Part shown: positions 38,217-46,482 of the stretch, in pieces
How positions within the stretch are numbered: position 1 is the first letter of the stretch
Layout of the letters: every line of letters starts with the position of its first letter
Virus record (IMG/VR): IMGVR_UViG_3300020156_000459
Location: 1-51,897 of that record
Length of the DNA: 51,897 nt
Direction: 5' to 3' (one strand)
Origin: a virus
Taxonomy: Duplodnaviria; Caudoviricetes
Notes under the pieces: model-generated
Databases searched by the model: none
What the model was told of the DNA's origin: nothing
Seen by the model: only the letters and a program-made list of their open reading frames with translations
Translations under genes and position numbers: made by a program

Positions 38217-40391
38217 TCATTCGACGGGACGGGCGAAGCGGGCCTTGCGCTCCTGGTCGCGGCGGCGGGCCTGGTACCAGGCCGACGTGCGGTTCGACGC
38301 CAGCCAGTCCAGATCGTCCTCCGACACCTCCTCGCCGGCCTCGATGCGCGCCTCGATCGCCTGGGCGCGGCGCCACCAGCGGTCCTCCGGCTTCTCGGCG
38401 GCCTGGGCCGGGGCGGCGAGGCGGCGGGCGACGTCGGCCTGCCGGACCGTGTCCGCCTCGGTGCGCGGCGCCGCGACGGCGGGCTTCGACGCGGTGATCG
38501 CGCGCTGGGCGGCCTCCAGGCCGGCGGAGGGCGGCGGCAGGGACGAGCGCGGCAGCGCGGAAACCGTGGCCGCGGGCCTGCCGATCAGCGCGTCGGCGAG
38601 CTGGTGCGGCTTGAACCCCTTGCCGGCGGCGCGGATGGCCGCCTTCTGATCGGCGATCAACTGCTGTTGCAGCGCCTTGGCCTGGGCCGACAGCTCGGCC
38701 CGCGACAGGCCGGCGCGTTCCGGGTTCTGGGCGATGCAGAGGAATTGGAACGGATCGGGGCGGTACACGAAGACCCGGTCCATCCGCTCCGGATCCAGTC
38801 GGACCTCCAGGCGGTCGCCGGTGCCGACGTAGGGGATCAGCTCCGGCGCCCAGAAGTCGGCGTTCTCGACCCGGATTCCCTTTTTGCCCACGGTGCGGGT
38901 GCCGTCGCCGTCCGCGCAGGGCATCAGCAGCAGGTCGAGTTGGCGTTCGTCGACGACGCGCCACTCGGATCCTGCGTGCTCCTCCGCCACGGCGGCCGGG
39001 GTGCGGTCGCCCAGGCCGGCGTGCGGGCTGGTGTGATAGCGGTTCTCGACCCACGCATCGGCCAGCATCTGCAGCTCGGCCGCCGGCAAGGCCGCCTCGA
39101 ACACCTCTTCGTCCTTCTGGCCCAGGCGGGCGGCGAAGGTCTGGCGCGAGCGGATCTCCTGACGCTTGGCCACGTTGTGGCCGGTGTAGCCGGGCAGCAG
39201 CGGCATCAGCCCGTGCTGAACCGTGCCGATCGCGCGCTCGACGTGCGGCTTCTGCTCGGGCGAGTACGGTGTGCAGACGGGGTGCCGTATGGCGTCGCCA
39301 ACCAGCGCGAAGAAGCGTTGCGTCTCGCGGGCCAGGAAGTCGGAGCCGTTGTCCGTCTTGATCGCCTCGGGCATGCCCCAGGCGAGGATGGCCCGGCGGA
39401 TCAGCAGCAGCACGGCCGAGGCGCGCGGCACCTTGGTGACCAGGATCAGCATGCGGCGCGTGAAGACGTCGACCACGACGTAAATCGTGTGCCGCCCATC
39501 GGTCAGCATCAGGTCGGTCGGGCTGGCGTCGATCTCCCACAGCTCGTTGGGCTTGGTGATCGCCTCCGAATAGGAGCCGACGGCAACGAGGCTGCGGTTC
39601 TTCCAGGCGTCGGGGTTGGTCAGCCGCAAGTGGAGCTGCTTGTACTCCTCGCGCCATTGGTTGAGGCGGCGGCGGATCCAGCCGGCGGTGGGCATCTTCG
39701 CCTGACCGCCGCGCAGCAGCTCGAACCCCTCGCCGAAGCGCTTGACCAGGGCCGCCCGGTAGGCGTCGGCGTTCCAGTCGGGCTTGGCCAGCGCCACGGC
39801 GACCAGATAGCCCATGATGTCCTCGCGCGCCTGATCCAGCGACCCGGCACCCTTGCGGTTGCCGTAGGCGCCGGCCAGCCGGGCGGCCTCGCCGGACTCC
39901 ACGGCCTCGACCCAGCGGCGAAGGGACGATGGGGACACCGTGGGCTTGGCGGCACGGGCCCAATCCGGCACGTCCACCTCGCGGGCGTTGTAGAAGCCGG
40001 TGAACTTGTGCACCAGCCGGTCGCGGGACAGGCCGCCGGCCTGCCGCTCGAAGGCGAGGAAGGCGTTGGCGATGGTGGCCTTGGCGTCCAGCCGGGCCTT
40101 GCCGGCCTTGGTCAGCACCACCGGGGCGGCGGCGGTGCCTTTCAGCGTGGCCGCGAGCTTGGGCGGCGCCGGCGGGGTGGCCTGCTCGGCGGCGCGGCGG
40201 CCCAGTTCGATGCGGGCTTCCGGCGGAAGGGCTGTGACGTGGTACTCGGTGCCGCCGCCGCGGCCCTGGCGGGGGCGAGCGGGCGACCAGCGTTCCTGCT
40301 GGGCCCGCATGTTGATGCCGCGCTTGGTGGACGGCAGGCCGGGGAGCGCGAAAAAGGCCAGTTCAGAAGCCGTGTACCAGCTTTCATCCAT
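38217..40391 (-). CDS. MuA-like DDE transposase (724 aa)
   Basis: N-terminal WYTASELA..LPGLP...GGGTEYH DNA-binding domain; WEIDASPTD, KTDNGSDF, KPHVERAIGT catalytic D-D-E. Confidence 0.96.
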   Translation of the reverse strand: MDESWYTASELAFFALPGLPSTKRGINMRAQQERWSPARPRQGRGGGTEYHVTALPPEARIELGRRAAEQATPPAPPKLAATLKGTAAAPVVLTKAGKARLDAKATIANAFLAFERQAGGLSRDRLVHKFTGFYNAREVDVPDWARAAKPTVSPSSLRRWVEAVESGEAARLAGAYGNRKGAGSLDQAREDIMGYLVAVALAKPDWNADAYRAALVKRFGEGFELLRGGQAKMPTAGWIRRRLNQWREEYKQLHLRLTNPDAWKNRSLVAVGSYSEAITKPNELWEIDASPTDLMLTDGRHTIYVVVDVFTRRMLILVTKVPRASAVLLLIRRAILAWGMPEAIKTDNGSDFLARETQRFFALVGDAIRHPVCTPYSPEQKPHVERAIGTVQHGLMPLLPGYTGHNVAKRQEIRSRQTFAARLGQKDEEVFEAALPAAELQMLADAWVENRYHTSPHAGLGDRTPAAVAEEHAGSEWRVVDERQLDLLLMPCADGDGTRTVGKKGIRVENADFWAPELIPYVGTGDRLEVRLDPERMDRVFVYRPDPFQFLCIAQNPERAGLSRAELSAQAKALQQQLIADQKAAIRAAGKGFKPHQLADALIGRPAATVSALPRSSLPPPSAGLEAAQRAITASKPAVAAPRTEADTVRQADVARRLAAPAQAAEKPEDRWWRRAQAIEARIEAGEEVSEDDLDWLASNRTSAWYQARRRDQERKARFARPVE

Positions 40392-40878
40392 GATCGGCCT
40401 CCCGGATGCGGGCCTTCAGCTGGCTCCGGGCGGCCATGTAGCGGGCGACCATCCCATCGCCGGCGTCGAGCATGCGGGCGGCTTCCCTGGCGTCGACGCG
40501 GCCGTCATTGCCCATGGCGGCGGCGAACTCCGCGAAAAGCCGACCTACCTGCTCACCAACGGCGGCCAGATCCTGGGGCAGGTTGCCAGCGTCGGCGTCG
40601 GTGAGGGGGCGGAACAGCAGGTAGCCCTGCTCGGCGGCCAGGAACTCGGTCACCACCATGCAGCCGGAGGCCGCCTGTAGGGCCCGCACGTCCGGGACCT
40701 TGAAATGCGCATTGCGGTTCGCGGAGTCCGGATCCGTGATGCGCTGGATCGTGGATTGCGACAGGCCAGTTAGTTCGGCCGCGCGATCCTGGCCCCGGCA
40801 CCTCTCGACCAGTTCGGCGTAGGACGCTTTGAGGGTGCCGGGTTGCCGGGGCTTATACGCGCCTGGGTATTGGGCCAT
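40384..40878 (-). CDS. CII-like/HTH phage regulatory protein (164 aa)
   Basis: AAELTGLSQSTIQR HTH; C-terminal AMGNDGRVDAREA. Confidence 0.65.
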   Translation of the reverse strand: MAQYPGAYKPRQPGTLKASYAELVERCRGQDRAAELTGLSQSTIQRITDPDSANRNAHFKVPDVRALQAASGCMVVTEFLAAEQGYLLFRPLTDADAGNLPQDLAAVGEQVGRLFAEFAAAMGNDGRVDAREAARMLDAGDGMVARYMAARSQLKARIREADHG

Positions 40879-41139
40879 GGTTTTACCCGTTGTGCGAGTA
40901 GCGGTTGCGATGCGACGGTCAAGGCGCGAGGAAATGGAGGATTAAATGCGGCTTGATCGAGCAAACTTCGGGCGGGAGGCGGTCAAGCACCTACTGGTGG
41001 GACTCGCCGCGCTGGGCGCGGCGATGTCCTCCGGAGGATCGGCGCGGGTGGCGCTGGTTGATGAGGCGGGCCGCCGGTTCGGCTATGCCGCGGCAGTGTG
41101 GAAGGTGCGGGGTCTGTACCCGGCGCGGGACGGCGAGGG

Positions 41140-41427
41140 TCATGCCGCAGCTCTTTCCTCGGCGCCGCCGCGGGTGCGGCAAAGCCGGACACCGTCTGGC
41201 CGGTAACGCTCCGGAAACAGGTCGTGCACGGCGACTTCCAGCCGGTCGGCCAGCGCCCGCTCGATCCTTTCTGACGGTAGGAACAGGGCCTGCGACACGG
41301 CCTGGGCGCACACTTCCAGCTCGGCCGCGATCTGGCGCAGGCTGGAGCCCTTCCGCTTCAGGGAGGCGACCACCCAATCTCTGCGGTCCTGTGGGTCCGA
41401 GGGTACTCCGGATCTACGCATCGTCAT
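41140..41427 (-). CDS. ner: Ner-like transcriptional regulator
   Basis: WVVASLKRKGSSLRQIA...IERALADRL....DLFPERY; divergent from the repressor. Confidence 0.88.
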   Translation of the reverse strand: MTMRRSGVPSDPQDRRDWVVASLKRKGSSLRQIAAELEVCAQAVSQALFLPSERIERALADRLEVAVHDLFPERYRPDGVRLCRTRGGAEERAAA

Positions 41428-41563
41428 CCCTACGACTATCGATATGTCTACCGTCGTATCACGAGCATGCTTCGCATGCAACGAGCATTTTCGATGTGGG
41501 AATCCTTCCCGGTTCGGCCCACGCTTGAAGGGCGCGCGCATGTGCAAAGGCGACGGGATAACA

Positions 41564-42124
41564 ATGACTTACGACAACCGGGAAGGGCCGGACGAAGTGG
41601 GAAGGGCTCTTCCCACTTACGAGGCGGAACTGGGAACACGGATTTCCCTCGTCATCGACCTGTACGATCTTAAGGCCGACGCGGCACGGGTCGCGGATGT
41701 TACGCCCGAGATGTTGAACCGGTACGTGCGCGGACAGCACAAAATACCCTTCACCAACGCCGCTCGGCTGGCTTCAGCCAAAGGTGTCAGTCTTGACTGG
41801 CTGTGGAGCGGAGAAGGACCAATGCTTCTGCGTGATCGCGTGCACGACTCGCCGCCAGCGGCGGTCGAGTCATTCGACCTTGCGTTGATGGGCAATCTCG
41901 TGTCCGGCCTGATGGCATTCCTGCAAAGGGAGAGCCTGGATCTAGATCCGGAATACATTGGTCGGGCGGTGACCCTGCTTTACATGCTGATGGAGCGCGA
42001 GCGCCGCGACACCACCCCGGAGGATCGGCCGGATCTGTGGGTGGAGGGGCACCCCGTGGACATCGCAAACGATAAAATCCTGGCGGAAACCGTACGCCTC
42101 GCACTCGGGCGGTTGCGTAGGTAG
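41564..42124 (+). CDS. Prophage repressor (XRE/CI-like HTH); start uncertain
   Basis: AARVADVTPEMLNRYVRG, GVSLDWLWSGEGPM; divergent from ner; no peptidase S24 domain visible. Confidence 0.8.
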   Translation: MTYDNREGPDEVGRALPTYEAELGTRISLVIDLYDLKADAARVADVTPEMLNRYVRGQHKIPFTNAARLASAKGVSLDWLWSGEGPMLLRDRVHDSPPAAVESFDLALMGNLVSGLMAFLQRESLDLDPEYIGRAVTLLYMLMERERRDTTPEDRPDLWVEGHPVDIANDKILAETVRLALGRLRR

Positions 42125-42614
42125 GACTATCAGGTGTAGCTTCATGGCTCGCCGCAACCCTGAGTACGTGAGTATGCAGGCCGCGGTGGGGGCCAGGGCT
42201 ACCAACCCCGGTCGCCCAGGGTGCGCACACACCCCGGAACGAGAGAACGCAACGACACGCGCTAGTCGCGTCTCGCCCCCCAGCCGCCACGCGGCAAGGG
42301 GAAGTGTAAGGCCGGGAGTGTGCATGAAAAGCTTAGATGTCGAAGCGTGCTTCCCTTCAAAAACCGTGATCCTCGCCGAATTTGAGGCGATACTCATCCA
42401 CGCTCGCCCACGGCGTGTGGTCGCATGCCCCTTGTGGAATGGAGAGTTGAGAGCGTGTCAAAAAGACGATATTTCAACTCGGCCAGAACAGAGGGGCAGC
42501 CTTGCTCCTCATCATGATCAATGTGGTCGGTGAGCGCTGAATTTTCCGTGCGTGTGTAGACGATTGTAGACGGTAAAGCGACAACGCAAAGAGACACATC
42601 GGAGGAACGCAGCA

Positions 42615-42851
42615 ATGAAGCCGGAAGACCGTCCGACATCCATGGTTTCTTTTCCGCTAACAATAGTTGGCGTGCTATTTCTTGCCGGAGGCGGGATGAT
42701 GCTAACCGGCACTCCGCCGAACTTCATCGGCTCGATCGGCGCGGTGGGGATCGGGCTAGCCCTGATCGGCTTGGCCGGCATCAACACGCGCTTGGCCGAG
42801 GTGATCCACGAGTTGCGCCTCATCCGCGCCGCCGCAGAGAGGGTGCCATGA
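42615..42851 (+). CDS. Small two-TM membrane protein (moron)
   Basis: GGAGG RBS; two hydrophobic helices. Confidence 0.7.
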   Translation: MKPEDRPTSMVSFPLTIVGVLFLAGGGMMLTGTPPNFIGSIGAVGIGLALIGLAGINTRLAEVIHELRLIRAAAERVP

Positions 42852-43372
42852 AAGCCGGTCACCTCGCCCTGTCTGCTTTCTTCCTTCTCGGATCAGCCGG
42901 GCCTTGCGCGGCCGATTGGCAGTTCACCCGATGGGGAATGACGGTCGAGGAAGCTGTTCGTGCAGCTGGGGCCGCAGGGGTGAATGTGGATGCGGGCGGC
43001 ACTGTGCCTTCCGGCGACGGCAAGCTTACGAAGCTCCCCATTCCATACTACAAGGTGGGCAGTATATTTTTTGATATATCTCTGGTGTTCGAGTCGCCGG
43101 ATAATAGGCTTGTCATGGTGCTGATGACGGTGAGTCAGCGCGGCGATTTTGACAGGCAGAAGCTCGACGCCCTGCGTATGGATTTGCTTCAGGCGTTCGG
43201 CTCTCCTTTTGCTGTGAATCAGCAAGACGGGTTTGACCTCGCGATGTGGCGCGACGTGACCCGCAACAACCGGATATTCGCGAAAATCCGCGTCGATCCG
43301 CCGGGCAGAACGGGCGGCCTGCGCGACACCTCCATCATGTACACGCCGCTCGTTCCCGTCAGCGCCTTCTGA
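42848..43372 (+). CDS. Exported protein (moron, 174 aa)
   Basis: Signal-peptide-like N-terminus, then WQFTRWGMT..E; lower GC; ATGA coupling. Confidence 0.7.
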   Translation: MKAGHLALSAFFLLGSAGPCAADWQFTRWGMTVEEAVRAAGAAGVNVDAGGTVPSGDGKLTKLPIPYYKVGSIFFDISLVFESPDNRLVMVLMTVSQRGDFDRQKLDALRMDLLQAFGSPFAVNQQDGFDLAMWRDVTRNNRIFAKIRVDPPGRTGGLRDTSIMYTPLVPVSAF

Positions 43373-43379
43373 CCGGCCA

Positions 43380-43554
43380 CCGTCAAACCATCCGTCCGTC
43401 AGCGTACAATGCGGCGATGTCCGTATGGTTTGACAGAACGGAGTGGACGCGTCTCGAAAACCTAGGCATCACAACGCCTGCACGTCCCACTCGATCCCCC
43501 AAAATCCCACCGTATCCCGGCCCCCTATCCCGTCAAACCATTGGTCTCTCTACA
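43380..43554. repeat. Prophage repressor-side end (Mu L-end equivalent) with three end boxes
   Basis: CCGTCAAACCAT at 43380-43391 and 43530-43541, inverted ATGGTTTGACAG at 43425-43436; terminal CTACA. Confidence 0.88.
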
Positions 43555-43559
43555 CCGGT
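43555..43559. repeat. 5-bp target site duplication CCGGT (right copy)
   Basis: Matches 1535-1539. Confidence 0.95.
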
Positions 43560-44292
43560 GCGTCGATCGCCTCGGGCGTCAGGCGGAAGGTGCCGAAATG
43601 CATGGCTACGCTGGTGCGGGCACCCAGGTCCTCGTGCGCCGCCACCGCCTCCTCCGGGTTCATGTGCTGCGGCGCCATGAACCAGCGCGGCTCGTAGGCG
43701 CCGATGGGCAGCAGCGCCACGTCGATGCGCGGGAAGCGGGCGCCGATCTCCTTGAAATGCGGGCCGTAGCCGGTGTCGCCCGCGAAGTACAGCGTGCCGG
43801 CATCCGTCTCCACCACGAAGCCGCCCCACAGCGTCGTGTTGCGCCGGAAGGGCGCGCGCGCCGACCAGTGCTGCGCCGGCACGAAGGTGACGCGGCAGCC
43901 GGCCGGTCCCCGCGTGCTCTGCCACCAGTCCAGTTCCTCGACGTGCGCGAAGCCGTCGCCGTTCAGCAGCGGCCCGTTGCCCAGCCCCACCACCGCCCGC
44001 GGCCCGAAGCGCCGGGCCAGCGCCGCCAGCGACGGCCGGTCCAGGTGGTCGAAGTGCCCGTGGCTGACCAGCACGAGGTTCGGGTCCGGCAGCCGTTCCA
44101 GCGGCACGCCCGGCGGGCGGGCCCGCTTCGGCCCCAGCCGGCCGAACGGACCGGCCCGTTCGGAGAACACCGGGTCGGTGAGCAGGCGAAGGCCCGCCGC
44201 CTGCACCAGGAAGGTGGCGTGGCCGACATGGGTGACCGCCAGCGCGCCCGGTGCCGGGGGTGCCGGGACCGGCTGCGGCGGGTCCTCGACGC
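43555..44292 (-). pseudogene. Middle fragment of an MBL-fold metallo-hydrolase gene (NAPE-PLD/RomA-like), cut on both sides by insertions
   Basis: Open frame VEDPP...VTHVGHATFLVQ...LTDPVFSERA...SHGHFDHLD...PAQHWSAR...YFAGDTGY...PIGAYEP...MHFGTF; lacks both N- and C-termini. Confidence 0.92.
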
Positions 44293-44339
44293 TGTAGCGC
44301 GCCGAATGGTTTGAATTGGCGCGCTGGATGGTTTGACAG
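44293..44339 (+). repeat. Terminus of the second element with two end boxes
   Basis: TGTAGCGCGCCGAATGGTTTGAATTGGCGCGCTGGATGGTTTGACAG versus prophage TGTAGCGCGCCGAATGGTTTGACGGGCTGCGCCGGATGGTTTGACGG; same 22-bp box spacing. Confidence 0.93.
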
Positions 44340-44390
44340 CGCTGACACCCCGTTTCAGGCTTACCGGGAATTGAAGAAGCCTTGGCGCTT

Positions 44391-44807
44391 CTAGGCTAGC
44401 GCCGGCAGTGTCGCATCGTCGCCCAGGTGCGCAATTTGAACATTCCTTCCCGGCGGCTTCCCCCCTGGAGGCTCGATGATAACAACGCCGTCTTTCGTAT
44501 GATAATGGATAATCAGGACTGTGCGCGCACATCTGGCGGGATTGGAAAGACGGGACAGGGCTTGCCGATTGTACTTTTTCAAAAAGCGAAAGCATTCACG
44601 CATATAGATCCTGTATTCTTCCTGAATATCTTTGCGGAGCTGTTCCAATGCCGTTGGGCATGGCGGGTTGCCGCACAGATCGCTTTCCCACTTGGCAAAT
44701 ACATTATTCAAACGCGATGAAAGGTCGGCCGCCACTTCCCCTGACAGCAGGCGCGCGGTTACCTTCTGTGGGCGCTCCCCTGTGCCGTCATACGCGTGCT
44801 GCATCAA
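44391..44807 (-). CDS. Hypothetical low-GC cargo protein (138 aa)
   Basis: Longest plausible ORF in an AT-richer patch; no family recognised. Confidence 0.45.
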   Translation of the reverse strand: MMQHAYDGTGERPQKVTARLLSGEVAADLSSRLNNVFAKWESDLCGNPPCPTALEQLRKDIQEEYRIYMRECFRFLKKYNRQALSRLSNPARCARTVLIIHYHTKDGVVIIEPPGGKPPGRNVQIAHLGDDATLPALA

Positions 44808-44855
44808 CGTCCACTCCTGATTGGTTCGTTATGCCCTCCCGCTCGACAAGAGGGC

Positions 44856-44883
44856 CGCTCGGCCGGATCTGGCCGGCCGAGCG
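44856..44883 (-). terminator. Hairpin after the satellite chaperone gene
   Basis: CGCTCGGCCGG-ATCTGG-CCGGCCGAGCG perfect 11-bp stem, 8 nt past the stop; weak U-tract. Confidence 0.5.
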
Positions 44884-44891
44884 CGCCGGAA

Positions 44892-45416
44892 TCACTTCGG
44901 CTGCTCGCCGTTGACGAGCTGCCAATAGGCGTCCTCCATCGCCTTGCCGATCACGCGATAGCCGGCCATGGCTTCCACGAGGTCGGGCGAGAAGTCCGGC
45001 AGCGTCGAGAAGAAGGCATTCCAGCCGTGGTTGTCGGGCAGCCCCACCACCACCTTCCGCAGCAGCTCCGTGCGAAAGCCCTTGTGCTGGCTTTCCAGCT
45101 TCTCGACTTTGGCGTTGAGTTCCTTCAGATCCTTTTTCGCCTTGGCGGCGTTGCCGTCCGACGCTTCCAGGGCGAGTTTCGCGGCCTCCTGCTTGGCCTC
45201 CGCGATCTCGCTGACGCGCTGGCCCAGCTCGGCGATGAGCTGATCGTGCTCGCTGTCCGGCAGCAGCATGAACGACAGATAACAGGTCTTTTTGACCTGT
45301 TTCCCACCCACCCAGCCGCCGCTGGCACGCTTGGCCGTTTCCGGCCAGTTGAACATGACCGGCCACACAAACGTCATTTCGGTGGGGGCTGCAAGAGTAA
45401 TCTTAACCTGTTCCAT
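44892..45416 (-). CDS. Tail assembly chaperone homologue (G-type, 174 aa)
   Basis: Clear paralogue of 14050-14544: TFVWPV/TFDWPV, LLRKVVVGLPDNHGW/LLRRVVVGLPDNHNW, DLVEAMA, WQLVNG/WKLVNG. Confidence 0.88.
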   Translation of the reverse strand: MEQVKITLAAPTEMTFVWPVMFNWPETAKRASGGWVGGKQVKKTCYLSFMLLPDSEHDQLIAELGQRVSEIAEAKQEAAKLALEASDGNAAKAKKDLKELNAKVEKLESQHKGFRTELLRKVVVGLPDNHGWNAFFSTLPDFSPDLVEAMAGYRVIGKAMEDAYWQLVNGEQPK

Positions 45417-45439
45417 TTCCGCTCTCACTCGTTCTTTAG

Positions 45440-45820
45440 TTAATCCATCAACGAATTGAAGTATTCTGCAATGTCTCTCCATTCGCCTGTCAAAGACTGC
45501 TTTGCTGATGCGATCAGGTCATTGATGTACACCTCAACTTCGAACCTGACATTCTTTCTTTTGTTTTGGTACAGCGCGCTCAGTCGGCGCCTCTGCCAGC
45601 GCTTTGTTAACATGGACCCGAGAAGGCGTTCGGTGTCGTCAATGTGCGCCACCAGTATTCTCTCAATGCTTGCTCGCAGATCGGAAAACAGAGGATGTCT
45701 GGCATCAAAATGTTCTGATGATCCAACCAGTTCAGAAAACGCATTGCGATTGCTGATATCCCAGCGTTCCAGCACGCTGCGGATTGCGTCAGCTCCGTTT
45801 GTCGGCATAGCGGGGCGCAT
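45440..45820 (-). CDS. Hypothetical low-GC protein (126 aa)
   Basis: ATG coupled to the upstream TAA; helical and charged. Confidence 0.55.
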   Translation of the reverse strand: MRPAMPTNGADAIRSVLERWDISNRNAFSELVGSSEHFDARHPLFSDLRASIERILVAHIDDTERLLGSMLTKRWQRRRLSALYQNKRKNVRFEVEVYINDLIASAKQSLTGEWRDIAEYFNSLMD

Positions 45821-46482
45821 TATCCGAAACTCGACGCTGTTGCGGTTCTGGATCGGTATTCGGCCGCGTGCGGGCACCCAAAGCGGTCGTAATACTCGCT
45901 ATAATCAGGGTAAAATCCTGCTATTTTTTGATCGGCGCCATGCTCATTTACTTCGGTAAGATGCATGACGCCACCAATGCACATTGGTTGACTAAATTTC
46001 TCCTGTACCTTGTGCTGCCCAAGCGCCATCTTTACCATCATGGCCTCATCGGCATGCGCGGGAAGGCGCACACCCGGCGCCATTCTGGGCGCAAGATGAA
46101 TGCCCGGCTCCATCGTGGTCGCCTGGACAGGCACACCACCGGCGCGAAGCTTGTACCTCGTGCTCTGCGGCGCCTGCTTGTTGGCGGACCAGCACATCAA
46201 CGTGATTTCACCACCGGACGCTTCGAAGAATTCATCACCGATACGCTCGGGGACGCCGCGAATAACGATATCCACATGCTCTATGCTTTCGACGCGCGCC
46301 AGTACAGGCCCAAGGACTTGAAGAAGCGCATGTGTTCCGCGCATGGAGAATGCAAATCGGCCGCTCTCAGAGACGAAACACTTTCGTTCGCAAAGGCCAA
46401 CCGGCATGTTGCCCCGGTATATCATCGTGTCCGTCAGGCACAAAATGCGGTCGCTTCCCACGAATACGTTGCTGACGCTCAT
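45820..46482 (-). CDS. Hypothetical protein, possibly Ntn-hydrolase/proteasome-beta-like fold (220 aa)
   Basis: N-terminus MSVSNVFVGSDRILCLTDT and late CIGGVMHLTEV resemble the Ntn pattern; tentative. Confidence 0.55.
   Translation of the reverse strand: MSVSNVFVGSDRILCLTDTMIYRGNMPVGLCERKCFVSESGRFAFSMRGTHALLQVLGPVLARVESIEHVDIVIRGVPERIGDEFFEASGGEITLMCWSANKQAPQSTRYKLRAGGVPVQATTMEPGIHLAPRMAPGVRLPAHADEAMMVKMALGQHKVQEKFSQPMCIGGVMHLTEVNEHGADQKIAGFYPDYSEYYDRFGCPHAAEYRSRTATASSFG

Larger units (their letters stand above)
1540..43554 (-). mobile_element. Complete Mu-like transposable prophage, non-contractile tail, 42,015 bp
   Basis: TGTAG...CTACA termini, 5-bp TSD, MuA/MuB/ner/repressor at one end, Mu-type terminase/portal/F/protease/capsid, tape measure, no sheath gene. 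Confidence 0.97.

Noticed and set aside
40991-41143. 50-aa ORF coupled to ner
   Set aside because: Plausible position but low-complexity Arg-rich sequence; insufficient support
41942-42663. Overlapping ORFs 41942-42397, 42144-42533 and 42394-42663
   Set aside because: No convincing RBS or motif; cannot tell which, if any, is real
43550-44206. 218-aa ORF as an intact hydrolase gene
   Set aside because: Its stop is supplied by the prophage end and its N-terminus is cut by the second element; it is a fragment
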